Shown here one piece after another: positions 29,440 through 38,858 of a DNA stretch of 64,000 nt (position 1 is the stretch's first letter; each line of letters begins with the position of its first letter). Below the pieces are notes generated by a model. It made no database searches, was not told the DNA's origin, and worked only from the letters and a program-made list of their open reading frames with translations. The stretch is from an uncultured bacterium (GTDB taxonomy: Bacteria; Zixibacteria; MSB-5A5; GN15; FEB-12), in NCBI GenBank assembly GCA_965372795.1, contig CBDVDR010000004.1, positions 96,001-160,000 of the forward strand, given 5' to 3'. The translations under genes and the position numbers were made by a program.

Positions 29440-31382
29440 TACTGATTTTCCTTTGTGGTATCCGGCGGATTTAACTCAATATCCATTCCGCCACCCCATT
29501 TTGAGTCCGTTTTCCAGTAATAATTATCTTTTCCAAATCCGGTATATTGATCCTTTCCACCTAAATCAATAAACAGTCCGATTGAACCGAACTCTCTTCG
29601 CGGATTACCATATCCGTGAGTATTTTTTGGATTCTTAATAAAATATCGGTCATCTCCGGCATTATCTATCATAATCCCAATACCGTTAGCCGAGCCGGCT
29701 GCCTGAGACAGATCGGTGGCGGTATAAGTATCATTGCCCTGTCGATCTAAAAGAAAACCACATGAATAATCATGCCCGCAACCCTGAGAGACGCCTTTTG
29801 AAAAATAAACATCACTGCCAAAATTATCCAAAAGAAGCCCCAAACTCATATGGGTTCCGGCACCCTGGGAATATTGGAATGACTGATAGTAATCATTCCC
29901 TTTTTCATCGGCAAGTATCCCCAGTGACCACCAGTAACTCGAACCCTGTCCGAATATATCAGTAATGTAGCTGTCGTTTCCTTCAAAATCGAGCAAAGCA
30001 CCAACCCCGCCTGAGAACATCGGACGCATCCCAATTGCAAACCCCTGTCCAAATGAATAGAAATGATCCTCATAGCGAAGAATATCTTTATATTTACCCC
30101 CGGTATAATAATTATCATTTCCCTTTAAATCAAAAATTGCTCCATACCCTTCAACAAAGGCGTACCCCTGAGCTGAATTGGAGGCGTAATAATTATCCCG
30201 GCCGTCTTCATCAATCAACAATCCCAATCCAAAACAACCGGCACCTTGAACAAAATTATCACCGTTATAGATATCATGCCCATCGGCATCATATAGAATA
30301 CCGAATCCAAAATAACCGCTGCCAATACCAAAAGATTTTGAGTCGTAGCGGTCATCACCTTCAAAGTCGATCAAAATTCCGGTTGAAAAACAACCCGACC
30401 CTATAACAAAATCAGATTTTGCGCGATAAGCATCATTTCCACTCAGATCAATTATAATTGTACTATGAGGATTCTTGGGGTCATATGAGAGGTCATAAAT
30501 ATCATCACCCCCAAAATCGAGAATGAATTTATAGTCGCCTTTATAATAATCATTGCCGGTACCACCGATTGCCCACCCTGATTGTTTTCCAAGATACGAA
30601 TTCAGATTAGAGTTATCCGGAACATAAACAGCATCTTTGAATATTTTATCAGCTGATATATTCTTAGATTTTATTTGCCCATGTAAATTTTTAACTTCCA
30701 TCAAAATTTCTCTTAGACAATCTATTCCAGCTGAAATAATTGGGTCTTTGTCAATTTTTCTTCCAAAAGTGACAAATTTTTCAGCATAGGCAGTTTCAGC
30801 CTTTTCGACAGAATCAATTTTATCGGGCGAATAGAATTCTTCTTCTTCCCGGATTACAAGCAGTTCCAAAAATTCTTTTTTTAGAAATGACCTTTCATCT
30901 TTACTTAGCAGAGCTAACGATTTCTCAGTTGATCTCGGAAGAATTACATCCAGATAAACAGCCGCCCGGGCAAGAAGTTGATTTAAAGTGATGTCAGTAA
31001 AATAAAGGGTGTATTTGCGTTTCATTTCCTCAGCTGATGCCTGATACGCCCGGTTGCGCCTCTGTTGATCTACCAGACTTAAGTCCTGAAATAAAATCCC
31101 GCTAATAATTTCAGGTTGTCCTTTAACATAAGAGGCTTTTAATTGTTCAGTATAATCAACCATCCCTAAGGGTGAGTCCATCAAATCAGCGACTAATTTT
31201 AAACGGAAAGAATCGATCTCGGTATAATCCTGACGGAATGAGATATCTTCTACTTTCAACCCAAGATATTCAGATAAATGAATCAATCCGAATTTTTCCG
31301 GTTTAACGGTTTTTGAATCTTGGGCAAACAGAGTTGAAGTGAAAAGTAGAAATAATACAATTATGATATTAGATTTTAACAT
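29439..31382 (-). CDS. Secreted protein with tandem D-x-x-G-(N/D)-D-x-Y repeats (putative Ca2+-binding beta-solenoid)
   Basis: Signal peptide; more than 10 hydrophobic-D..G.D.Y...QG.G....G repeats in the C-terminal half. Confidence 0.7.
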   Translation of the reverse strand: MLKSNIIIVLFLLFTSTLFAQDSKTVKPEKFGLIHLSEYLGLKVEDISFRQDYTEIDSFRLKLVADLMDSPLGMVDYTEQLKASYVKGQPEIISGILFQDLSLVDQQRRNRAYQASAEEMKRKYTLYFTDITLNQLLARAAVYLDVILPRSTEKSLALLSKDERSFLKKEFLELLVIREEEEFYSPDKIDSVEKAETAYAEKFVTFGRKIDKDPIISAGIDCLREILMEVKNLHGQIKSKNISADKIFKDAVYVPDNSNLNSYLGKQSGWAIGGTGNDYYKGDYKFILDFGGDDIYDLSYDPKNPHSTIIIDLSGNDAYRAKSDFVIGSGCFSTGILIDFEGDDRYDSKSFGIGSGYFGFGILYDADGHDIYNGDNFVQGAGCFGLGLLIDEDGRDNYYASNSAQGYAFVEGYGAIFDLKGNDNYYTGGKYKDILRYEDHFYSFGQGFAIGMRPMFSGGVGALLDFEGNDSYITDIFGQGSSYWWSLGILADEKGNDYYQSFQYSQGAGTHMSLGLLLDNFGSDVYFSKGVSQGCGHDYSCGFLLDRQGNDTYTATDLSQAAGSANGIGIMIDNAGDDRYFIKNPKNTHGYGNPRREFGSIGLFIDLGGKDQYTGFGKDNYYWKTDSKWGGGMDIELNPPDTTKENQ

Positions 31383-31448
31383 ATAGAAAAATGAAATATA
31401 AATTAAAGGTAATCAACAATAATCAGCTATTAATAAATATTGATAATC

Positions 31449-31483
31449 AAAAAAAAACGCCCCAAAAAGGAGCGCTTTTTTTT
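31449..31483 (-). terminator. Intrinsic terminator after the pilin at 31500..31934
   Basis: GCGCTCC/GGGGCGT stem followed by a T run on the minus strand. Confidence 0.7.
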
Positions 31484-31499
31484 ATTAAACTCGGATAAC

Positions 31500-31934
31500 T
31501 CAGTCAAGGACGTCATTATTACCAACAGTAACAGCGAGGTTACCAGCTTCGGTAATAGTCCATATATCCATAGTTGCATCATCATCAAGGTTAGCAGTCG
31601 CAGTCGCAGTAAATGTATTGGCGGCGGCAGCAATACTATATTCATAAATAGCTGTTGCACCAATTTCAACACCAATACTTGGGAAAGTTCCAGGGGCACT
31701 GGCACTACCAAATGTCTGGCCATCATCACCGTAAAAACCCTGTTCCTGACGGTATGTACGTTCCATGGTGTAAATCTGTTTCAGAATCTGTTTTGCTTCA
31801 GACTGTTTGGATTTTGTAGTAGCTTGCATAAATCTCGGAATAGCGAGAGCAGCCAAGATACCAATAATTACGACCACAATCATCAACTCGATGAGTGTGA
31901 AACCTTTCTGACGGTTGTGAAATTTTGAAAACAT
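31500..31934 (-). CDS. pilA: Type IVa major pilin
   Basis: KG|FTLIELMIVVVIIGILAALAIP; 144 aa; strong AGGAGG RBS; own sigma54 promoter and terminator. Confidence 0.9.
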   Translation of the reverse strand: MFSKFHNRQKGFTLIELMIVVVIIGILAALAIPRFMQATTKSKQSEAKQILKQIYTMERTYRQEQGFYGDDGQTFGSASAPGTFPSIGVEIGATAIYEYSIAAAANTFTATATANLDDDATMDIWTITEAGNLAVTVGNNDVLD

Positions 31935-31995
31935 CTAAGGCCTCCTAAATAACGTTAATGGTTCTAATTCTCATTCATATCTGTCATATTTATCG

Positions 31996-32010
31996 GCAAG
32001 GTGCGTGCCC
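31996..32010 (-). promoter_or_regulatory. Sigma54 -24/-12 promoter of the pilin at 31500..31934
   Basis: GGGCACGCACCTTGC versus consensus TGGCACGNNNNTTGC. Confidence 0.8.
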
Positions 32011-32038
32011 TAATCCACGTCTTTTTTTGAACAGTTTG

Positions 32039-32051
32039 TAAGTAGTTGCTA
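32039..32051 (-). promoter_or_regulatory. Putative IHF site
   Basis: TAGCAACTACTTA, one mismatch to WATCAANNNNTTR, between the UAS and the sigma54 promoter. Confidence 0.5.
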
Positions 32052-32138
32052 TAAAAGCTTTAATCCTTTAAAAAATATTTAAAAAGAATTTCTGAATAAA
32101 TTTGACTGTATATTTACAATTCGCTGTTAATAATTCTA

Positions 32139-32171
32139 TTGCAGATTGCAATGAAATTTGCAGATTGCAAT
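32139..32171. promoter_or_regulatory. Tandem palindromes, putative upstream activator sequences for the PilR-like protein
   Basis: TTGCAGATTGCAAT occurs exactly twice (32139-32152, 32158-32171); each is TTGCA-N3-TGCAA. Confidence 0.65.
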
Positions 32172-32192
32172 CATCTGATTAAAATTTTAAGC

Positions 32193-32222
32193 AAAAAAAA
32201 ACCCGCTCAAAAGCGGGTTTTA
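32193..32222 (-). terminator. Intrinsic terminator after the pilin at 32238..32672
   Basis: AAAACCCGCT/AGCGGGTTTT stem with T tail on the minus strand. Confidence 0.8.
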
Positions 32223-32237
32223 AATAAGAATATTTCT

Positions 32238-32672
32238 TTAATCGACAACATCATTATTGCCAACAACATTTATCAAAGTACCAGCTTCATTAATGGTCCA
32301 GACATCATTAGTTGCGTCATCATCAATATTACCCGTAGCGGTTACGGTAAAGGTATTGGCAGTAGCTACAATAGCATAAGAATATTTTGCATTTGCCGGA
32401 ATCTCAATCCAAATTTCTTTGAATGCTAATGGAGCAGCACTTGAGGCTGGTCCGGCAGGAATATAATAGGAGTTTACCATAGATTGCTGGCGGTAAGCCC
32501 GTTCATTGACATAAACCTGCTTTAATATCAATTTAGCCTCTGATTGCTTTGTTTTTGTGGTCGACTGCATAAATCTGGGAATTGCCATTGCTGCCAGAAT
32601 ACCAATTATCACAACCACAATCATCAACTCTATTAGCGTAAAGCCCTTATCTTTTCTATAAAAATATTTCAT
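32238..32672 (-). CDS. pilA: Second type IVa pilin (paralog)
   Basis: KG|FTLIELMIVVVIIGILAAMAIP; 144 aa; N- and C-termini nearly identical to 31500..31934. Confidence 0.88.
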   Translation of the reverse strand: MKYFYRKDKGFTLIELMIVVVIIGILAAMAIPRFMQSTTKTKQSEAKLILKQVYVNERAYRQQSMVNSYYIPAGPASSAAPLAFKEIWIEIPANAKYSYAIVATANTFTVTATGNIDDDATNDVWTINEAGTLINVVGNNDVVD

Positions 32673-32712
32673 GATTTTCCTTTCTGAAATATTTGCTTAT
32701 CCAATATCTATG

Positions 32713-32727
32713 GCAAACTTCGTACCA
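32713..32727 (-). promoter_or_regulatory. Sigma54 -24/-12 promoter of the pilin at 32238..32672
   Basis: TGGTACGAAGTTTGC on the minus strand, 40 bp upstream of the ATG. Confidence 0.78.
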
Positions 32728-32745
32728 ATTGACTGTTTTATTCTA

Positions 32746-34149
32746 CTACTCTTTCTCATCGGTCTTATTTTTATGGGTATTATTCTTTAACAGCAAGCCA
32801 GATAGGTTGTATCGTTCAATTTTTCTATATAATGTCGAAGTATCAATTCCCAGAATCTTTGCGGCTTTGGTCTTTTTACCCGATGTTTGAGTCATCACAA
32901 AATGAATATAAGCTTTCTCAATTGATTCCAGAGTCGGGTTCTTTGCAGGAGCCTCACTCACAACCGACAATTCTTCCTTATTGGCTAATTTTTCTGGGAA
33001 ATCAGATACTTTAAGGGTATTACCTTTGCAAAGAATAACCGCCCGTTCGATTGTATTTTCAAGTTCACGAACATTTCCAGGCCAGAGATTTTCATTCAGC
33101 ATTTTCAGAGCATCTTTAGAAACATTTTTTACAACAGTATCAATTTTTTTACAATGCCTCTTAACAAAATGTTCGACAAGTAATTCGATATCATCTTTTC
33201 GATCTCGAAGAGTTGGTATATTTATTGGAATAACATTCAATCTATAAAAAAGATCCGCTCTGAATCTCCCGGCTTTGACATCATCCTCTAAATTAGCATT
33301 GGTAGCGGCTATCAACCTGACATCTACTTCAACCGGCTTTGTACCCCCTATCGGAGTAATCATTTTATCTTCTAAAACCCTCAGTAGTTTCACTTGAATT
33401 GTAATTGATGTATTTCCAATTTCATCGAGAAATAAGGTTCCACCATTGGCAACATTGAACAAACCTTCTTTATCTTTTATAGCTCCGGTAAATGAACCTT
33501 TTGTATGTCCGAATAATTCAGATTCAAGAAGATTTTCCGGAAGTGCCCCACAGTTAATAGTAACAAATGGTCCCCCGCTTCGAGGTGAATGATGATGAAT
33601 TGCCCGGGCAATAACATCTTTACCCGTTCCTGATTCTCCCAGAATTAAAACAGTCGAGTCAGTTTCTGCAACTTGACTGGCAAAGTTTTTAAGCTTAACC
33701 ACCGATTCGGACTTGCCTAAAAACTTTTCAAATGAATGATCCTGTTGTAATTGCTGTTTTAAAGTTTTATTTTCGCTCTCGAGTTTTTTATGATTGATTG
33801 ATTTTTCTATGACAAGTTTGATCTCATCAATTTTAAAGGGCTTGGTTATATAATCCCTCGCCCCCTGCTTCATAGCTTCAATAGCCGTATCAACCGAGGC
33901 AAAGGCTGTCATTACAATCATTTCCTGATGTTCTTTGAAAGTTTTGACTTCTTTCAGGACCTCGATCCCGGTCATTCCGGGCATATTTAAATCGGCAATA
34001 ACTAATTCATAATCTTTCTGTTTTAAAAATGATAAACCTTCACTGCCGGAGTTTGCCGTATCTACTTCGTAACCTTCTTTGGTTAACATGATTTCCATAA
34101 AATTGCACATTGAATCTTCATCATCTATAACTAATATTCGAGGAAGCAT
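32746..34149 (-). CDS. pilR: Sigma54-dependent response regulator (NtrC family, PilR-like)
   Basis: Receiver domain (DD, D, KP); GESGTGK; ESELFGH.KGSFTGA; WPGNVRELEN; Fis-type HTH; adjacent to pilins. Confidence 0.85.
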   Translation of the reverse strand: MLPRILVIDDEDSMCNFMEIMLTKEGYEVDTANSGSEGLSFLKQKDYELVIADLNMPGMTGIEVLKEVKTFKEHQEMIVMTAFASVDTAIEAMKQGARDYITKPFKIDEIKLVIEKSINHKKLESENKTLKQQLQQDHSFEKFLGKSESVVKLKNFASQVAETDSTVLILGESGTGKDVIARAIHHHSPRSGGPFVTINCGALPENLLESELFGHTKGSFTGAIKDKEGLFNVANGGTLFLDEIGNTSITIQVKLLRVLEDKMITPIGGTKPVEVDVRLIAATNANLEDDVKAGRFRADLFYRLNVIPINIPTLRDRKDDIELLVEHFVKRHCKKIDTVVKNVSKDALKMLNENLWPGNVRELENTIERAVILCKGNTLKVSDFPEKLANKEELSVVSEAPAKNPTLESIEKAYIHFVMTQTSGKKTKAAKILGIDTSTLYRKIERYNLSGLLLKNNTHKNKTDEKE

Positions 34150-34336
34150 TTATACTCCATTGCAAAATGCATTACTTTTTTACATGACATTATTTATTTT
34201 TTCGGCAAAGGCTATTCTTGCTAAATAGATTATTGGGATATTGATCATTATTTGAACATCTGATTGACCAAACTGTTTAATAGATATATATTCTTTCTGA
34301 ATCTATTGATTAACAGCCCTATTTATTGGAAGGCTT

Positions 34337-35335
34337 ATGGAAAAATACTCCCATCGTGAACGAATAATGATGATCCTTAATGGAGAGAAACCTGATCGAC
34401 ATGCTGCTTCGATGTGGCGCCATTTTTTCCATATGGAACACAATGTTGATGGTTTAGTCGAGGCGATGCTGTATTTCCAGAAAAGATTTGACTGGGATTT
34501 CATGAAAATTAACCCGCGAGCCGATTTCCATATTGAAGATTGGGGTTTTAAACAGGAATGGTCTCATAATGAATTTAAAAAGCATAAAAAAACATATTTC
34601 CCGGTAAGTAAAGTCGAAGACTGGGAAAAAATCAAACCTTTGTCAATCAACGCCCCGATTTTGGCTGAACATCTTTTAGCGGTATCAAAAATACGTAAAG
34701 GCTCCGATAAAGAACTTCCCCTGCTTATGACAATTTTTACTCCGCTTGCAATTGCCGGAAGATTCGTAGAAGACAATCAGATGCTGGCCGATCATTTACA
34801 CGATCATCCTGAAAAAGTAATTCCGGCTCTTGAAGCTATTACAAAAACATTTAAAGAGTATGTCACCGAACTTCGTAATGCCGGAGCAGATGGAATATTT
34901 TTCGCAACGACTCAATGGGGTTCTTCAAACCTGATTAGTTTTGATGATTATAAAAAATTCGGAATTCCTTATGACCTTGAAGTTATCAATGCTGCCGGTA
35001 CTGATGCTATCAATATTTTCCATATCTGCGACTCCAATAACTTCCTCAATGAACTGGTTGATTATGATTACCAAAGTAAGATGTATAGCTGGGAAAGTGA
35101 TCACCCTACAAATTTACCGATTGACAAATCATTAGGTATTTTAAATAATAAAATAGCTGTTGCGGGAGTAGATGATAAGGGCTGGCTGCTTCACAGCGAC
35201 CCAGTTGAAATTGGTTATCAAATTGATAAATTGAAAGATAGTGCACCTGCGAATAAATTGATTATTGGTCCCGGATGTGCCATACCGCCGGAAATTCCAA
35301 TGGAAAATCTTCAAGCAATCAGGGATAAGTTATGA
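34337..35335 (+). CDS. Uroporphyrinogen decarboxylase / MtaA-CmuA methyltransferase superfamily protein
   Basis: ERI...LNGE.PDR, GADGIF, FHIC, IIGPGCAIP..P.ENL. Confidence 0.75.
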   Translation: MEKYSHRERIMMILNGEKPDRHAASMWRHFFHMEHNVDGLVEAMLYFQKRFDWDFMKINPRADFHIEDWGFKQEWSHNEFKKHKKTYFPVSKVEDWEKIKPLSINAPILAEHLLAVSKIRKGSDKELPLLMTIFTPLAIAGRFVEDNQMLADHLHDHPEKVIPALEAITKTFKEYVTELRNAGADGIFFATTQWGSSNLISFDDYKKFGIPYDLEVINAAGTDAINIFHICDSNNFLNELVDYDYQSKMYSWESDHPTNLPIDKSLGILNNKIAVAGVDDKGWLLHSDPVEIGYQIDKLKDSAPANKLIIGPGCAIPPEIPMENLQAIRDKL

Positions 35336-35799
35336 TCGATGATAAACGAAGACAACTAGTAGACAATATTCGAATTGCCCTTACCCAGAATTCCAATCAA
35401 GAGCAAATCTTAAAAACTGCGGTAGAGTTGATTGATGGTTTTTCAGAAGACTTTAATTGGACCGGTGTTTATATGGTTAAAAATAGAGTTTTGGAAGTTG
35501 GTCCATATATTGGACCTAAAACCGAGCATACAAAAATTCAATTTGACAGCGGTATCTGCGGATCAGCAGCAGCACAGAAAAAATCATTAATTGTTGATAA
35601 TGTTTTAGATGACTCAAGATTTCTGGCTTGCTCTTTAACTACTCGTTCAGAAATTGTTGTGCCTCTGATGGATGGTGATAAAGTACTGGGAGAAATTGAT
35701 ATCGACTCAAATCGTTTATCTAATTTTAACAGTGAAGACCAGATAATGCTTGAGCAAATTGCAAATCTTATAGTAAAACGCCTTAAAGAAGTTAAATAA
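35332..35799 (+). CDS. GAF-domain free methionine-R-sulfoxide reductase-like protein
   Basis: NWTGVY, GPY.G, GICG, LACS..TRSEIVVP, GEIDIDS. Confidence 0.75.
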   Translation: MIDDKRRQLVDNIRIALTQNSNQEQILKTAVELIDGFSEDFNWTGVYMVKNRVLEVGPYIGPKTEHTKIQFDSGICGSAAAQKKSLIVDNVLDDSRFLACSLTTRSEIVVPLMDGDKVLGEIDIDSNRLSNFNSEDQIMLEQIANLIVKRLKEVK

Positions 35800-35855
35800 T
35801 TATATTTTTGAAACTGAATAGTATTTTTAAATAAATATTAAATAGGAGTCAGAAT

Positions 35856-36011
35856 ATGTTTGTAGGAACGCTTTTAGTATTTATGGGAGTATTGTTACTT
35901 CTGGACAAACTCGGAATAATCCACGGAAATGCATGGGATTATTTTTGGCCTATCGCCTTAATCGCCCTCGGGGTTTCATTTATAACTGATAAAAAGAAAC
36001 ATCATAAATAG
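35856..36011 (+). CDS. Small two-TM membrane protein (DUF5668/LiaF-TM-like), 51 aa
   Basis: AGGAG RBS; MFVGTLLVFMGVLLLLDKLGII...WDYFWPIALIALGV; below the ORF-track length cutoff. Confidence 0.75.
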   Translation: MFVGTLLVFMGVLLLLDKLGIIHGNAWDYFWPIALIALGVSFITDKKKHHK

Positions 36012-36022
36012 TAAAGCTATTC

Positions 36023-36337
36023 ATGCCGTCAAAATTTTATTTTAATCCGCAGGGTAACGGAGCCGATGTTTTTCTGGGTCCTACAGAATCATTGTTAATG
36101 GAAATCGCCTGGAAGAAAAAGGAGATTTCTGTTAAAAAGGCAATGATATTTCTGGGGGATAACAATAAATTAGCCTACACAACAGTTATGACCGTTCTAA
36201 ACAGACTATATGAGAAAAAACTATTAGAGCGCGAGAGATCCGGCCGTAATTTTATCTATCGACCGGCGATGGATAGAAATTCTTTTTTAAAAAATAAAAT
36301 AGATATCGTGAAAAACAGCTTAAAAAATATTAAGTAG
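36023..36337 (+). CDS. BlaI/MecI/CopY family transcriptional regulator
   Basis: LGPTE..LME..W, LAYTTVMTVLNRLYEKKLL.R...GR.FIY. Confidence 0.88.
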   Translation: MPSKFYFNPQGNGADVFLGPTESLLMEIAWKKKEISVKKAMIFLGDNNKLAYTTVMTVLNRLYEKKLLERERSGRNFIYRPAMDRNSFLKNKIDIVKNSLKNIK

Positions 36338-36345
36338 GAACTTGA

Positions 36346-36762
36346 TTACTGAATTTCTTCTAACTCGATTAAAACAGAATTACAACTTTTAGGATGAATA
36401 AAAGCTATTTTTTTTCCTCCGGCTCCTATTCGGGGAGATTCGTCAATCAGTGTAAATCCTGAATTTTTCAACTCATGAAGCTTCTTTTCTATATCATCAA
36501 CATATATACAAACATGATGAAGACCTTCGCCGTTCTTTTCCAAAAATTTCCTGATCGGACTATCATCAGAAGTTGGGGCAACAAGTTCGATCCTGCCGCT
36601 CTCGGAGTCATGCCGGTCAAAAATCGCTACTTTTACTTTTTGATCAGAGACTTCTTCTATTTCCGGATTATCACAGTCTGTTAATGCTGAGTATTGTAAA
36701 ATAGCTTTTTCAATATCCTCAACTGCTATGCCAATGTGAGATATAAGATTTTTCTTGCTCAA
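36346..36762 (-). CDS. mce: Methylmalonyl-CoA epimerase
   Basis: HIGIAV, Q.V.VA, IEL..P, GEGLHH, AFIHPK, VLIEL. Confidence 0.92.
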   Translation of the reverse strand: MSKKNLISHIGIAVEDIEKAILQYSALTDCDNPEIEEVSDQKVKVAIFDRHDSESGRIELVAPTSDDSPIRKFLEKNGEGLHHVCIYVDDIEKKLHELKNSGFTLIDESPRIGAGGKKIAFIHPKSCNSVLIELEEIQ

Positions 36763-36778
36763 TCAATTCTCCAGACTA

Positions 36779-37294
36779 TTATTCAGAGGCTTCATCGGCG
36801 GCTTTAACCAATTCGTCAAACTCTAATTGTTTTGCAAGACTCGAAGCGGTCGGTTTTACCCATTGGTCGTTATATTTATAAACTATAAATTGGTCGTGGT
36901 GCTTTGTGATTTTCCCGGTATATCCCTTAAAGACATAATTGATATATGCCAGAGCGGAATCCTCGCCGAATTTTGTTAAACTTTTAAGTTCAAGATGATA
37001 GATGGTGTCCATAACGGCATAAACAATCTGACGCATCTTAAGATAATCGTCAAAAGGTGTTTCATCGCGAAGGTATGGGAATTCAAAATCATATAATCCG
37101 GTTTTATCACCGTATCTCAAACGTGCCAGAGCTTTGCTAAGATCGTATTCAAGTTGTTTTTCATCGGTCAAAACAGGTTTTTTTGTTACCGGTTCATCTG
37201 AAGCTTTTTCATTGCTGGAACACTGTATTAATAGACTTGTCATTAATAATAATATTAACAATAAAAGTAATCTCGTAACTTTAGGCATTTTCAT
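36779..37294 (-). CDS. Hypothetical lipoprotein
   Basis: Hydrophobic N-terminus ending LLIQ-C; overlaps the 3' end of the mutase gene. Confidence 0.65.
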   Translation of the reverse strand: MKMPKVTRLLLLLILLLMTSLLIQCSSNEKASDEPVTKKPVLTDEKQLEYDLSKALARLRYGDKTGLYDFEFPYLRDETPFDDYLKMRQIVYAVMDTIYHLELKSLTKFGEDSALAYINYVFKGYTGKITKHHDQFIVYKYNDQWVKPTASSLAKQLEFDELVKAADEASE

Positions 37295-38858
37295 GATATT
37301 CACCCCATTGTTCTCTTAGGATATTTGATATTTCACCAACCGTAGCATAATTTTCAACAGCTTCTATTACAACTTCAACCAAATTATTATCGGAATTTGC
37401 AATCTCTTTTAATTTATTAAGACAGTTTGACACTTTTTCATTGTCTCTTTTATTTCGTAAATTATTAAGCCTTGCAACCTGCATTGTTTCAAGCTCCGGG
37501 TCAACTTTTAAAACATCAGGTATTTCCGAATGATTTGATATAAATTTATTTACTCCGATGACTATCTGATCGTTCGATTCAATTTTTTTCTGATAATCAT
37601 AAGCAGCTTTGCCAATTTCATTTCGGTAATAGCCGCTTTTTATACATTCGACCGAGCCGCCCGACTCTTCGATTTTACTCATCAGTTGCAGGGCTTCTTT
37701 TTCCATTTCATCAGTCAAGTATTCAACATAGTAGGAACCTGCAAAAGGATCGACGGTGCTTGTCAACCCTGATTCATGGGCCAGTACCTGCTGGGTGCGT
37801 AAGGCAATTTCAGCCGACTTTTCAGTTGGTAAAGCTAGGGCTTCATCAAATGAATTAGTGTGCAATGATTGAGTTCCGCCTAAAATAGCAGCCATTGCCT
37901 GAACCGCAGTACGAACAATATTATTTTCCGGCTGCTGAGCTGTTAAAGTTGAACCGCCGGTTTGAGTATGGAACCGCAGCAGCATCGATTTGTTATTTTT
38001 AGCCTTGAACTGTTCTTTAATAATCTTTGCCCAAATTCTACGAGCCGACCGGAATTTGGCTACTTCTTCAAACAGATCATTATGAGAGGCAAAGAAAAAA
38101 GAAAGCCTTGGCGCAAAACTGTCAATATCAAGGCCGATATCCAAAGCTGCTTTAACATAGGCGATAGCGTTTGAAAGAGTAAAGGCTATCTCCTGAACTG
38201 CCGTTGAACCGGCTTCCCGAATATGATAACCTGAAATCGAAATCGTATTGAATTTCGGTAAATTTTTTGAAGCATACTGAAAGATGTCGGTAATAATTCT
38301 CATAGAGGATTCAGGTGGAAAAATATAAGTCCCGCGAGCAATAAACTCTTTGAGAATGTCGTTCTGAATTGTGCCCATCAACTTATCAGCCGAAACACCC
38401 TGCTTTTTTCCAACGGCAATGTAGAGTGCCAACAGAATAACAGCCGTTGAGTTTATTGTCATCGACGTGGAAACTTTATCAAGCGGGATACCATCAAGAA
38501 GCAGTTCCATATCCTCAAGAGAATCAATAGCAACTCCGGTGCGTCCTACTTCACCTTTCGCCAAAGGATGATCAGAGTCGTAGCCTATTTGAGTCGCCAG
38601 ATCAAAGGCAACCGACAGTCCGGTTTGTCCTTTTTCAAGAAGATATTTAAACCGTTGGTTGGTTTCAGCCGCTGTTCCAAATCCGGCATACTGGCGCATG
38701 GTCCAAAGTCGACCGCGATACATATCGGGATACACTCCTCGCGTATAAGGATATTCGCCTGGTTTACCCAGAGCAGAATCATCAACTTTATGCGAATTTT
38801 TATCAACCAGTTTTGGAATCACAATTCCGGAAAGATTTTTTTTCTCTTGTTCAGACAC
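37281..38858 (-). CDS. Methylmalonyl-CoA mutase, large (substrate-binding) subunit
   Basis: WTMRQYAGF (Tyr), [14 protein letters not shown] (Arg), [15 protein letters not shown]; no B12-binding domain. Confidence 0.9.
   Translation of the reverse strand: MSEQEKKNLSGIVIPKLVDKNSHKVDDSALGKPGEYPYTRGVYPDMYRGRLWTMRQYAGFGTAAETNQRFKYLLEKGQTGLSVAFDLATQIGYDSDHPLAKGEVGRTGVAIDSLEDMELLLDGIPLDKVSTSMTINSTAVILLALYIAVGKKQGVSADKLMGTIQNDILKEFIARGTYIFPPESSMRIITDIFQYASKNLPKFNTISISGYHIREAGSTAVQEIAFTLSNAIAYVKAALDIGLDIDSFAPRLSFFFASHNDLFEEVAKFRSARRIWAKIIKEQFKAKNNKSMLLRFHTQTGGSTLTAQQPENNIVRTAVQAMAAILGGTQSLHTNSFDEALALPTEKSAEIALRTQQVLAHESGLTSTVDPFAGSYYVEYLTDEMEKEALQLMSKIEESGGSVECIKSGYYRNEIGKAAYDYQKKIESNDQIVIGVNKFISNHSEIPDVLKVDPELETMQVARLNNLRNKRDNEKVSNCLNKLKEIANSDNNLVEVVIEAVENYATVGEISNILREQWGEYHENA

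Noticed and set aside
32139..32171. CRISPR-like direct repeats
   Set aside because: Only two 14-bp copies 5 bp apart and no cas genes; better explained as activator sites.
31430..32429. ORFs 31430..31729, 31440..31928 and 32139..32429
   Set aside because: Alternative-frame or antisense shadows of the pilin genes, crossing terminators.
31500..32672. Electrically conductive (e-pilin) interpretation
   Set aside because: These are full-length pilins, and mature position 27 is Ala or Ser rather than the aromatic residue of Geobacter-type e-pilins.
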